Source of the DNA: Candidatus Portnoybacteria bacterium CG08_land_8_20_14_0_20_40_83
GTDB taxonomy: Bacteria; Patescibacteriota; Minisyncoccia; Portnoybacterales; GWB1-42-6
Assembly (NCBI GenBank): GCA_002774415.1
Contig: PEYL01000079.1
Coordinates: 1 to 38,825 of the forward strand
Direction: 5' to 3'
Length of the DNA stretch: 38,825 bases
Shown here: one piece after another, positions 1 through 8,052 of the stretch
Numbering within the stretch: position 1 is the stretch's first letter
Layout: every line of letters begins with the position of its first letter
The notes under the pieces: generated by a model
The model's database searches: none
Seen by the model: the letters and a program-made list of their open reading frames with translations, nothing else
Told to the model about the DNA's origin: nothing
Made by a program: the position numbers and the translations under genes

Positions 1-1011
1 TTTACTCATCACGCTCCTTTTATAGACTTCGAGATGCTCCAGCGCTATTCCCGTTCCCTTTGCCACGCAAAACAGCGGGTCCTCGGCTATATAACAGGGC
101 ACGCCGGTTGCCTGCGAAATCAATTCATCAAGATTTTTCAAAAGCGCACCTCCGCCGGACAAAACCATTCCCTTATCCATAACATCGGCCGAAAGTTCGG
201 GCGGAGTATCGTGCAAAACAATTTTTATCGTCTGAATAATTTCTCTTAAATTGTCCGCTATCGCTTCAGTAATTTCGTTGGATTTGACGATAATATTTTT
301 TGGCAGGCCGGAAATCAAATCGCGGCCGCGTGTCTCAAAAGTCTGCTCAATTTTTTGCGGCAGAGCGCTACCAATAGCAATTTTGATTTCCTCGGCCGTT
401 CGCTCGCCGACCGCCAAATTATATTTTTTTCGCAAAAATTCGGTAATTGCCTGGTCAAGTTTGTTGCCGCCAACCCGAACAGAAGCCCATGCCACAATTC
501 CACCCAAAGAAATCACTGCCACCTCCGATGTTCCGCCTCCAATATCAATAATCATGTGACCCGCCGGCTCGTTAATCGGTATGCCTGCCCCAATTGCCGC
601 CAGCACCGGCTCTTTGACAATATAAGCGGCTTTGGCGCCGGCGTTTAAAGTCGCATCAACAACTGCCCGCCGCTCCGTTGAAGTAATTCCGGCTGGAACA
701 GCTACCATAACTTCAGGCCTAAAAATTTTTATGGACCCCATCGTTTTATTTATAAAATAGCGCAGCATTGCTTCTGTCAATCGATAATCGGCAATCACCC
801 CGTCTCTCAACGGACGGGAAGCGATAATTGTGTCCGGCGTGCGGCCGAGCATTTCTTTGGCCTCATTACCAACTGCCAAAATACGATTATCGTCTAAAGA
901 AATAGCCACAACTGTCGGCTCGTTGATAACCATCCCTTTGCCCGGAACAAAAACAAGCGTATTTGCCGTGCCAAGGTCAATGCCGATTTTTTTGATGAAA
1001 AATGGCGTCAT
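1..1011 (-). CDS. mreB: Actin-like rod-shape protein MreB; the C-terminal end runs off the left window edge
   Basis: Absent from the ORF track because no stop lies in the window. My reverse-strand translation from ATG (1011-1009) stays open for 337 codons to position 1. It reads MTPFFIKKIGIDLGTANTLVFVPGKGMVINEPTVVAI...VMVAVPAGITSTERRAVVDA...HMIIDIGGGTSEVAVISLGGIV...MVLSGGGALLKNLDELISQATGVPCYIAEDPLFCVAKG, which are the MreB/actin phosphate and adenosine motifs. Plus-strand track ORFs between 34 and 1144 are antisense shadows. Confidence 0.9.
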   Translation of the reverse strand, partial: MTPFFIKKIGIDLGTANTLVFVPGKGMVINEPTVVAISLDDNRILAVGNEAKEMLGRTPDTIIASRPLRDGVIADYRLTEAMLRYFINKTMGSIKIFRPEVMVAVPAGITSTERRAVVDATLNAGAKAAYIVKEPVLAAIGAGIPINEPAGHMIIDIGGGTSEVAVISLGGIVAWASVRVGGNKLDQAITEFLRKKYNLAVGERTAEEIKIAIGSALPQKIEQTFETRGRDLISGLPKNIIVKSNEITEAIADNLREIIQTIKIVLHDTPPELSADVMDKGMVLSGGGALLKNLDELISQATGVPCYIAEDPLFCVAKGTGIALEHLEVYKRSVMSK

Positions 1012-1016
1012 AGAAA

Positions 1017-2285
1017 TTATTCTTTTATTCTTTTTATGTCAGCTCCCAATCCTTTTAATCTTTCTGCCAGATTTTCATATCCCCTCTCAATCTGATAAAT
1101 ATTGTCAATTTCGGTCTGGCCTTGCGCAATTAAGGCGGCCATAACCAATGCCATACCGGCCCTCAAATCTGGACTGACCAGTTTGCGGCTGTGCATTTTT
1201 GTCGGCCCGTTGACTACGACACGGTGAGGATCGGCCATGATGATATTGGCGCCCATTTGGGTCAAGCTGTCGCAAAAAAGCAGCCGCCGGTCATAAATAG
1301 TTTCGTGAATTAGACTAGAACCATGAGCTTGCGTCATTAAAACAGTAAAAGCCGACTGCAGATCCGTGGCAAATCCAGGATATTCATGGGTCGTGATATC
1401 ATAAGACAATATTTTTTTTGACGGCAAGATGCTAATCGAGTTTTTGGACAATCTATAATTAACGCCAATTTTGTCAAATGCCGCCCAAAGTACTTCAAGA
1501 TGCAATGGTTCGCAATTTTCGATCAAGACCTCTCCGTTATTTGACGCGGCCGCCAGCATCGCGAAAGTCCCGGCTTCAATTCTGTCGGGAATAATTTTAT
1601 ATTCCCCTCCCTTTAACTCTTTGACGCCTTTGATTTTAATAATCGGCGTGCCCGCGCCCTGGATTTGTGCCCCTATGCTGTTTAAAAAATCGGCCAGGGC
1701 CGGGATTTCGGGTTCCATCGCGCAATTTTTCAAAACAGTGACGCCGTCAACAAAACAGGCGGTCGTCATCAAACTTTCTGTTCCGGTCACCGTAATCTTC
1801 GGAAAGAAAATATCTGCGCCTTTCAGTTTCTTTGCCGTCAACCGATAATTATTTTCTAAAATTTCAACGCGCGCCCCCATTTTTGAAAAACCATCAAGAA
1901 ACATATCAATCGGCCTGGTTCCCGCGCCGATAACGCAACCGCCCGGATGAGGAAAATAGACTTCCTGACAGGAAGCCAGAAGCGGCCCGACAAACAAGAT
2001 TGAGGCCCGAAACTTATTGACCAGATCGGCTGGCAGATTAATACAGGTCCTGTTTTTGAATTGTATTTCAACGGTTCCGTGCTTTATTTTTTTTACGCGA
2101 TGACCCAGAGCAATAAGCATTTCCTCCGCCCGCCGACAATCTTCAATTTCGGGCAGATTGGTAACTAAAATTGGCTCTTTGGTTAAAAGTGCCAAGGGGA
2201 AAATTTTGAGCGCCGCATTTTTTGCTCCTTTCACTTGAATTTTTCCTTCAAGATCCTTACCGCCGTTGATAATTAATTTTTCCAC
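1017..2285 (-). CDS. murA: UDP-N-acetylglucosamine 1-carboxyvinyltransferase
   Basis: 422-aa ORF with a MurA-wide pattern: GAKNAALKI near the N-terminus, the catalytic-Cys loop HPGGCVIGAGTRPID, DRIEAGTF, and DLRAGMALVMAALIAQG. Its stop lies 6 nt from the mreB start. Confidence 0.93.
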   Translation of the reverse strand: MEKLIINGGKDLEGKIQVKGAKNAALKIFPLALLTKEPILVTNLPEIEDCRRAEEMLIALGHRVKKIKHGTVEIQFKNRTCINLPADLVNKFRASILFVGPLLASCQEVYFPHPGGCVIGAGTRPIDMFLDGFSKMGARVEILENNYRLTAKKLKGADIFFPKITVTGTESLMTTACFVDGVTVLKNCAMEPEIPALADFLNSIGAQIQGAGTPIIKIKGVKELKGGEYKIIPDRIEAGTFAMLAAASNNGEVLIENCEPLHLEVLWAAFDKIGVNYRLSKNSISILPSKKILSYDITTHEYPGFATDLQSAFTVLMTQAHGSSLIHETIYDRRLLFCDSLTQMGANIIMADPHRVVVNGPTKMHSRKLVSPDLRAGMALVMAALIAQGQTEIDNIYQIERGYENLAERLKGLGADIKRIKE

Positions 2286-2412
2286 AGAAATCAGTTATTG
2301 ATTATTCTCTTATATGTTATATTAAATTAAGAACATTGGCAATAAATGCCACTGAATGAAAGAATGTCTACCGTTTCTTATAGAAGAAGATGCCCTTGAA
2401 AAATTATAGAAA

Positions 2413-2540
2413 CCCCCACACCATAACGAAAATTATATTTGAAAAAACTTGCATTTGTGCTATAACTAAATTATCCTATTTGAGTCCAGATAGCCAAATA
2501 AACCCTGCGCCTACGGCGCTATCTTCGTTTGGTGTGGGGG
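2413..2540. repeat. Inverted-repeat pair CCCCCACACCA (2413-2423) / TGGTGTGGGGG (2530-2540) enclosing a 106-nt loop
   Basis: Perfect 11-nt arms read directly. The same arms recur at 24588-24598 / 24637-24647. The loop contains a GCGCC-TAC-GGCGC hairpin and a promoter-like site. Confidence 0.75.
2439..2466 (+). promoter_or_regulatory. Possible sigma-70-type promoter for the PEGA-domain gene
   Basis: TTGAAA (2439-2444), 16-nt spacer, TATAAC (2461-2466), about 100 nt upstream of the ATG at 2566. AT-rich context, so a chance match is possible. Confidence 0.3.
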
Positions 2541-2565
2541 GAAAAAGTGCTATTCTTAAAATCAA

Positions 2566-3663
2566 ATGACGCGCAATACCAGACGAATCATATTTTTTGG
2601 TTTTGTATTGATTTTTTTAATTGTCACCCCGGGCGTTTTGCTCTACGCCACGGGTTATTCTTTTGATTGGGAGAGTAAACAACTAATTAAAACTGGCTCG
2701 TTTTATTTCCAATCGCAGCCGGCCGGCGCGCAAATAAAAATTGACGGCAAACTAATTGATACAACGCCCAGTTATGTCAGCCGCCTGAATCCCGGCCAAT
2801 ATCAAATCCAAATATCTAAAGACGGCTTTTTGACATGGCAAAAAAAATTAAATATTGAAGAACAGATCACAACCGAAGCAAGAAATATTTTCCTTATTCC
2901 GCAAAAACTTAATCTTGAATTAGTTACCGATAATGTCACCTCAACCAAAGATTATTTTTTAACCGAGGATCAAAGAAACGTCCAGATGCAGACGGCCCTA
3001 ATCGCTTCCTCAACTTTGAAAGACGTTCTGGGTTTCACTTTATATCAAAGTGATATTTATTATCTGCAAAAATCCAATCTTATTCTTTTCAAAACCGACC
3101 TTTCGGGCAGGAACAAAGAACAAATTTCTTTACAGCCCCTGCCAGAGCCCGGCAAAACTGACTCCGGACAACAAAAAATTTATCAAATAGTAATTTCACC
3201 TGAACAGACTGCGGTTTTTCAGCCAGGCGGCAAGTTTTATCTTTTAGACAAACAGACTAAAATTTTTAATTTGCTGGTAGACGAAGTTCAGGGAATAGAA
3301 TTTTCTTCGGACAATGAAAAAATTCTTTTTTGGACAAACCATGAAATCTGGGTGATGTGGTTAAAGGAGGTTTGGGCGCAGCCGTATAGAAAAGCCCAAG
3401 ATAAAGAACTAATCACGCGCTTTGCAGATAAAATAACCTCGGCCTTGTGGTTGGTTAAAACCAATGAACATATAATCTTTGCTGTTCAGGGAAACGACAA
3501 CAACAGTACTATAAAACTAACCGAGCTTGATGGCCGCGATATGAGAAATACTTTTGACATTCATTCAGGCAAGATTTCGGAAGTTTATTATAATCAAAAC
3601 GATGATTTGCTCTATATTTTAACTGACGGCAAATTATATTCGCTTGACTTATTAAGGTCCTAA
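2566..3663 (+). CDS. Membrane-anchored PEGA-domain protein (hypothetical)
   Basis: 365 aa. N-terminal TM segment IIFFGFVLIFLIVTPGVLLYA. PEGA-like beta-sandwich signature SQPAGAQIKIDGKLIDTTPSYVSRLNPGQYQIQISKDGFLTWQKKLNI. The C-terminal half looks beta-rich and propeller-like. Confidence 0.6.
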   Translation: MTRNTRRIIFFGFVLIFLIVTPGVLLYATGYSFDWESKQLIKTGSFYFQSQPAGAQIKIDGKLIDTTPSYVSRLNPGQYQIQISKDGFLTWQKKLNIEEQITTEARNIFLIPQKLNLELVTDNVTSTKDYFLTEDQRNVQMQTALIASSTLKDVLGFTLYQSDIYYLQKSNLILFKTDLSGRNKEQISLQPLPEPGKTDSGQQKIYQIVISPEQTAVFQPGGKFYLLDKQTKIFNLLVDEVQGIEFSSDNEKILFWTNHEIWVMWLKEVWAQPYRKAQDKELITRFADKITSALWLVKTNEHIIFAVQGNDNNSTIKLTELDGRDMRNTFDIHSGKISEVYYNQNDDLLYILTDGKLYSLDLLRS

Positions 3664-3730
3664 CTATAGGATGTAGTATTGCTCTTTCACATCAGAGGGT
3701 AACAACAAATATTGAAAGGAGGACGAAGTG

Positions 3731-4630
3731 ATGAACATAAAGTTGCTTACGCGAGAAAACATTCCTTGCTGGTATGAATTGTCGTGGCGGCAAAAAAAGC
3801 CAGCCATTATCCTAAAAATCCATAAAGATTTTATTGCCAGTATTAAACCCATTCGAATTCGAGAAGATGCGCCTATTGTTAAAACGCTCAAGGAACAGTT
3901 TAAATTTGAAAGTTTCGCGGGCAATTTTAATGGAAACTATGGGTTTGATAATGCTTTTGTTCGGGTAGGAAAAAGAGGAAATTTTGTTGAGTTTGTCGTC
4001 AAAATTCCAAAGGTTAAAAAATGGACGGGTGAAATTTGTGGCGATTGCAATGGTTCTGGCAAACAAAAATTTTTAGATTTGAGGAGAGATTGTTTCCATT
4101 GCGAAGGAACAGGCAAAGAATGCATCTTTGATTGGCAACCTGCCTATGCAATTTCGGCCAGTTTCACTATCTTTACCACATTAGCGCGATTCCCAGGAAT
4201 AGAAACGTCAGAGCCATTCCCCCAACTTATAACAGTTAATACCATAACTGGAAGTGATATGCATGGCGGATCGCTGGGCGGAGAATACAGTATTCCCTTC
4301 GTTAAATGGTTGACTTCTTTATTCGGGACAAACTCTGTTCCTGAAATGGTCCAGGCAATGAAAATCGCCTACAATCGTATGCTCGGCTTGCACAAATTTG
4401 ACCAGTTCCATTTTCGTGCTTCAGTTGACTACGAAAGTGGCTGGCTGAATGTTAGCTGCCCCGGAAATGCCTGCGGCCTAAATCCTGTCCATGGTGCGGG
4501 ATATGATATGAAAAGAGGACTGGGATATGAATTTGACTGTCATAATGTGGATACGCCAATACAACAAATCACTCTTTTGGCCGGCCTATCGGCACTGCAT
4601 GACAGAGCGCGGAAAGAAATAAAAATTTGA
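3731..4630 (+). CDS. Hypothetical protein with two DnaJ-type CxxCxGxG zinc-finger motifs
   Basis: AGGAGG at 3718-3723 sits 7 nt before the ATG at 3731 (the track starts at GTG 3728). The motif is CGDCNGSGKQKFLDLRRDCFHCEGTGKEC. I recognise nothing else in the protein. The gene is convergent with rpsI. Confidence 0.6.
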   Translation: MNIKLLTRENIPCWYELSWRQKKPAIILKIHKDFIASIKPIRIREDAPIVKTLKEQFKFESFAGNFNGNYGFDNAFVRVGKRGNFVEFVVKIPKVKKWTGEICGDCNGSGKQKFLDLRRDCFHCEGTGKECIFDWQPAYAISASFTIFTTLARFPGIETSEPFPQLITVNTITGSDMHGGSLGGEYSIPFVKWLTSLFGTNSVPEMVQAMKIAYNRMLGLHKFDQFHFRASVDYESGWLNVSCPGNACGLNPVHGAGYDMKRGLGYEFDCHNVDTPIQQITLLAGLSALHDRARKEIKI

Positions 4631-4641
4631 ACAATCAAACA

Positions 4642-4671
4642 AAAAAGCACTCAATTCCTTGGGTGCTTTTT
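4642..4671. terminator. Bidirectional intrinsic terminator between convergent genes
   Basis: AAAAAGCACTC-aattcctt-GGGTGCTTTTT: an 11-bp stem (one G-U pair) with an A-run on one side and a T-run on the other. It lies between the 4630 stop (+) and the rpsI stop at 4687 (-). Confidence 0.7.
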
Positions 4672-4686
4672 CTTATTTGTAATAAT

Positions 4687-5220
4687 TTACCTCTTCGCCC
4701 ACTGCGGTGCTCGCCTGGCTGCCTTCAGCCCATATTTCTTCCTTTCTTTCATTCTCGGGTCGCGCTTTAAATAGCCGGCCCGTTTTAATTTTTTGCGGAA
4801 ATCAATGTTAAATTTAACCAAGGTTCGGGCTATCCCATGCCTGATTGCTTCTGCCTGCGCGTGAATGCCGCCGCCTTTCACTTTCGCAATTATTTCAAAA
4901 CGGTTTAAGGATTTGAGTTTTCTCAAAGAAGCCTCAACGGTCTGCTGCAATTCCATCAAAGGGAAATAATCTTTGTAGTCTTTCTCATTGACGCTAATTT
5001 TGCCTTCGTCTTCGGCCATGGGCCTAATTGTAAAAAGCCTGACTCTTGCAATTGCAGTTTTTCGCCGGCCGACTGCTTCATAATATTTTTTTGGCTTTTC
5101 TGATTTATCTTCTTTGTCAATCGCATCAATTTTTTCTGGCTCAGCAACTTCAATTTTTTCTTTTTTTTCTTTGGCAGCCGGAGCTTTTTTAGTTTTCACT
5201 GTTTTTTTTCTTGGAGCCAT
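4687..5220 (-). CDS. rpsI: 30S ribosomal protein S9 with a ~45-aa Lys/Glu-rich N-terminal extension
   Basis: YYEAVGRRKTAIARVRL...GGGIHAQAEAIRHGIARTL...DPRMKERKKYGLKAARRAPQWAKR. The canonical S9 C-terminus is present. Confidence 0.93.
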   Translation of the reverse strand: MAPRKKTVKTKKAPAAKEKKEKIEVAEPEKIDAIDKEDKSEKPKKYYEAVGRRKTAIARVRLFTIRPMAEDEGKISVNEKDYKDYFPLMELQQTVEASLRKLKSLNRFEIIAKVKGGGIHAQAEAIRHGIARTLVKFNIDFRKKLKRAGYLKRDPRMKERKKYGLKAARRAPQWAKR

Positions 5221-5225
5221 ATGAT

Positions 5226-5594
5226 TTATCTTTTAATTTCGCCCTGATAAATTTTTAAACGCTTAATTATTTTTGCCCGAGTCCGATTTTTTGGCAGCAT
5301 TCCTAAAACTGCTTGGCGCAGAACATTTTTTGGATCTTTCTTAAATGCTTCCTCAAGTGTTCTTTTTCTCAGCCCGCCCGGATAGCCGGAATGCTTATAA
5401 TAGATTTTTTGCTCCAGCTTTTTTCCGGTAAATTTCAAATTTTGAATATTAAAAACCTGGACTTCATCGCCTGCGTCAATATACCGCAAAAAAGCCGGCT
5501 TGCCTTTTCCCCGCAGTAGCACAGCAACTTGCGCTGCCAAGCGACCCAGCTTTTGTTCGGTTGCATCAATTTTATGCATTTTGATTTCGGCCAT
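5226..5594 (-). CDS. rplM: 50S ribosomal protein L13
   Basis: IDATEQKLGRLAAQVAVLLRGKGKP...YYKHSGYPGGLR...AVLGMLPKN...LKIYQG. The rplM-rpsI pair is in conserved order. Confidence 0.93.
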   Translation of the reverse strand: MAEIKMHKIDATEQKLGRLAAQVAVLLRGKGKPAFLRYIDAGDEVQVFNIQNLKFTGKKLEQKIYYKHSGYPGGLRKRTLEEAFKKDPKNVLRQAVLGMLPKNRTRAKIIKRLKIYQGEIKR

Positions 5595-5635
5595 AATTTT
5601 TAAATTTGCCTTGTTATAGAAAATGGGTTAAAAAT

Positions 5636-5983
5636 TTATATAAATTCAATAAAAACCACCGGTGCTCCGTCGCTCGATCGCTGACCGAGCTTCACAATTC
5701 TGGTATAACCGCCGGCCCGTTCTTTATATTTTGGCGCAATTTCTTTAACTAATTTATTTAAAGCTGTTTTTGGCAAAAATCTCTGGGCAAACCTTATGTT
5801 TGCCAAATCTCCTTTTTTCGTTTTTGTTATCAATCGCTCGGCAAGACCGCGGATTTCTTTTGCGCGCGCCTCGGTCGTTTTTATTTTTCCCTGCATAATT
5901 AAATTAATAACTAGGCTTTTTAAAAACGCCCGACGCTGGTCCCTCTTCTGTCCAAATTTTCTTCCTCTATTTTTATGACGCAC
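5636..5983 (-). CDS. rplQ: 50S ribosomal protein L17
   Basis: MRHKNRGRKFGQKRDQRRAFLKSLVINLIMQGKIKTTEARAKEIR...GGYTRIVKLGQRSSDGAPVVFIEF. It follows rpoA as in the alpha operon. Confidence 0.93.
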   Translation of the reverse strand: MRHKNRGRKFGQKRDQRRAFLKSLVINLIMQGKIKTTEARAKEIRGLAERLITKTKKGDLANIRFAQRFLPKTALNKLVKEIAPKYKERAGGYTRIVKLGQRSSDGAPVVFIEFI

Positions 5984-6004
5984 TTCTTTGTTTCCTTTCT
6001 CCTT

Positions 6005-6937
6005 TTATTCTTTTATCTCAAACCCGTATTTTTTGAAAATTTTCTTTATTTCTTTTATCCCTTTATCGCCCATTCCTTCGATTTCCTTGAGCGAGCTTTC
6101 ACTTTTTTTGCTCAAACCCCCCAAGGTCTTAATCCCTCCCTCAATCAATGCATTTATTGTCCTTGTGGAAAGCTTTAAGTCTTCAATTTTTATCTTCAAA
6201 ACGTCTTCCGACGCTTCTTCTTCGCGAATTTTTTGGCTTTGCTCTTCTGCTTTCTTTATTTCTAAAAATAATTTAAATTGATTGACCAAAATCTCGGCTG
6301 CCTGCGCAAAAGCTTCTTCGGGAGCGATGCTGCCGTCTGTTTCTATATCAATTTTAAGACGGTTAAAATCAGTTCTTTCTCCCACTCGCATATTTTCTAC
6401 TTCAAAATTTGCTTTAAGCACCGGAGTAAAAATTGCATCAATGGCAATCATCCCAATTTCCAATTTTTCTTTTTTTCTCCTCTCAACGGGAACAAATCCG
6501 AGGCCTTTTTCAACTTTTATTTCCATTTCTAGTTCCGATTTTTTATCAGTCAAAGTGGCAATAACGGCATCTTTATTTATTACTTCTACATCCGAACTCA
6601 CTTTAATATCACATGCTTTTACTTCTTTTTGTCCCTTTGCCGAAATAAAAACCATTACCGGCTGATCGGTGTATAATTTAAATCTGACTTTTTTTAAATT
6701 CAGTATTATCTCAATTGCGTCTTCTACAATTCCCGGTATTGTTGAAAATTCATGCTGCACTCCCTTTATTTTAAAACCGGTGGCCGAAGCCCCAGGCAAA
6801 GAAGAAAGAAGCACGCGGCGAAGGGCATTCCCTAAGGTTATGCCGTAGCCGGGATAGCAACCTTCAATTTCAAAAACTGCCCGATTGTCTTCTTTTTCAA
6901 TAACTTTTGGCGTTATGGGAAGTGGTATATTTTGCAT
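6005..6937 (-). CDS. rpoA: DNA-directed RNA polymerase subunit alpha
   Basis: 310 aa. NTD signature GYGITLGNALRRVLLSSLPGA. The C-terminal helix-hairpin-helix CTD reads IEDLKLSTRTINALIEGGIKTLGGL. Confidence 0.93.
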   Translation of the reverse strand: MQNIPLPITPKVIEKEDNRAVFEIEGCYPGYGITLGNALRRVLLSSLPGASATGFKIKGVQHEFSTIPGIVEDAIEIILNLKKVRFKLYTDQPVMVFISAKGQKEVKACDIKVSSDVEVINKDAVIATLTDKKSELEMEIKVEKGLGFVPVERRKKEKLEIGMIAIDAIFTPVLKANFEVENMRVGERTDFNRLKIDIETDGSIAPEEAFAQAAEILVNQFKLFLEIKKAEEQSQKIREEEASEDVLKIKIEDLKLSTRTINALIEGGIKTLGGLSKKSESSLKEIEGMGDKGIKEIKKIFKKYGFEIKE

Positions 6938-6950
6938 AGTTTTTTAAAAA

Positions 6951-7104
6951 GCGAGGGTATTGCCTCAAAAAACATCGCGCAACCGCGCCATTAAATTTTT
7001 CAACGGAATAGCTAATGCGCGGTGAGCGGCTCGGCAGCGGCTGGATTAAAACTTGTTTTTACATTTGACAGCCGACTGCGGTTTTTTGAGGCAATGCCCG
7101 AGCG
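6951..7104 (-). repeat. Structured intercistronic element, family A, copy 1 (rpsD stop to rpoA start)
   Basis: Outer stem 6955-6973 GGGTATTGCCTCAAAAAAC pairs with 7080-7099 GGTTTTTTGAGGCAATGCCC. Inner helix is 6982-6988 ACCGCGC / 7017-7023 GCGCGGT. The conserved blocks AACATCGCGCA and GCCGACTGCG are shared with the copies at 8531 and 13156. Confidence 0.85.
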
Positions 7105-7108
7105 TAGT

Positions 7109-7735
7109 TTATCTTGAATAAAATTCAACTACCAAACCCGCTGGATTTAAATCGCCTAAATCAGCGGCGCTAGGAATATTTAAAATTTTCCCTTCAATTT
7201 TTTCTTTTTCAAGCATAAGCCATTGCGGGGTTTCATATTTTTTTAAAATAGTAGGTAGATCTTTCATTAAATTCGATTCTTTTATTTTTGGACTCAATGA
7301 AATAATCTGATCTTTCTTTATTTGATAAGAAGGAATATTTATTCTTTTGCCGTTAACCAAAATGTGGCCGTGGTTGACAAGCTGGCGCGCCATTGTTCTT
7401 GATTTTGCCAATCCCAAGCGAAAAATAACATTGTCCAGGCGCGTTTCCAGTTTTTTTAATAAAATTTCTCTGGTATCACCCTGCGCTGCCATTGCCTGTT
7501 GTACATATTTTTTAAATTGTCTTTCTCGAATCCCGTAGATTCTTTTAATTTTCTGTTTTTCTGCTAATTGTTTACCATATTCAGATGTTCCGCCTCTCCT
7601 TTTCCTTGCTTTACCATGGATTCCAGGTGGGTCGGGCCGCTTAACCATGGCACATTTGGGACTAAAACAACGCTCTCCTTTCAAAAAAAGTTTCTCCCCA
7701 GCTCGGCGGCATTTTTTGCATTTTGGATCTGCCAT
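7109..7735 (-). CDS. rpsD: 30S ribosomal protein S4
   Basis: 208 aa. N-terminal zinc-knuckle CKKCRRAGEKLFLKGERCFSPKC. S4 domain LETRLDNVIFRLGLAKSRTMARQLVNHGHILVNGKRINIPSY. Confidence 0.93.
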   Translation of the reverse strand: MADPKCKKCRRAGEKLFLKGERCFSPKCAMVKRPDPPGIHGKARKRRGGTSEYGKQLAEKQKIKRIYGIRERQFKKYVQQAMAAQGDTREILLKKLETRLDNVIFRLGLAKSRTMARQLVNHGHILVNGKRINIPSYQIKKDQIISLSPKIKESNLMKDLPTILKKYETPQWLMLEKEKIEGKILNIPSAADLGDLNPAGLVVEFYSR

Positions 7736-7791
7736 ATTCGCTTTCGCTCAAATTAAAAATGTAAAATTAAAAAATCAAAATGACAAATCAA

Positions 7792-7891
7792 TCCTTCGAC
7801 TCTCTGGTCTTTAGGCCAGAGTATGCTCAAGATTGATACTGAGCGACGCCCATTCGACGTTGCTCAGGGCGTCCTGAGTGGAATCGAAGGA
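7792..7891. repeat. Multi-hairpin GC-rich repeat (TTCGAC...GCTCAGG type) in the rpsK-rpsD spacer
   Basis: Outer stem TCCTTCGA (7792-7799) / TCGAAGGA (7884-7891). Inner hairpins are CTCTGG/CCAGAG (7802-7807/7816-7821) and CTCAGG/CCTGAG (7863-7868/7873-7878). The core TTCGACGTTGCTCAGGGC resembles motifs at 24470-24488, 14790-14813 and 15468-15486. Confidence 0.7.
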
Positions 7892-7986
7892 CGCCTTTAT
7901 TCTCGCCCTTAAACGCGAGGTTTGGACATCATCAAATGTATCAAATTTTAAAATTAGCTAATGCTAAAATCAATTCTGAATTTCCT

Positions 7987-8030
7987 TCATTTTGCATTTT
8001 ATCCCGCTTAGCGGGATCATTTTGCATTTT
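7987..8030. repeat. 16-nt palindrome ATCCCGCTTAGCGGGA flanked by the 14-nt direct repeat TCATTTTGCATTTT
   Basis: Direct repeats lie at 7987-8000 and 8017-8030, with the palindrome at 8001-8016. The adjacent 18-mer TTTGCATTTTGATATTTG (8021-8038) recurs inside murB at 37063-37080. Confidence 0.8.
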
Positions 8031-8052
8031 GATATTTGATATTTGAATTATT

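Noticed and set aside
34-1144. Five plus-strand track ORFs (34-249, 251-559, 355-648, 830-1144) and the minus-strand ORF 315-503
   Set aside because: All lie within or antisense to the clearly recognisable mreB frame (1-1011, minus), or to the start of murA. Their translations are low-complexity with no motifs.
7851-7891. tRNA-like TTCGA / GGAATCGAAGG sequences that suggested a T-arm
   Set aside because: I could build no acceptor stem, D-arm or anticodon arm on either strand. The sequence is instead a member of the TTCGAC...GCTCAGG repeat family. I found no tRNA, rRNA, tmRNA or RNase P-like region anywhere in the window.
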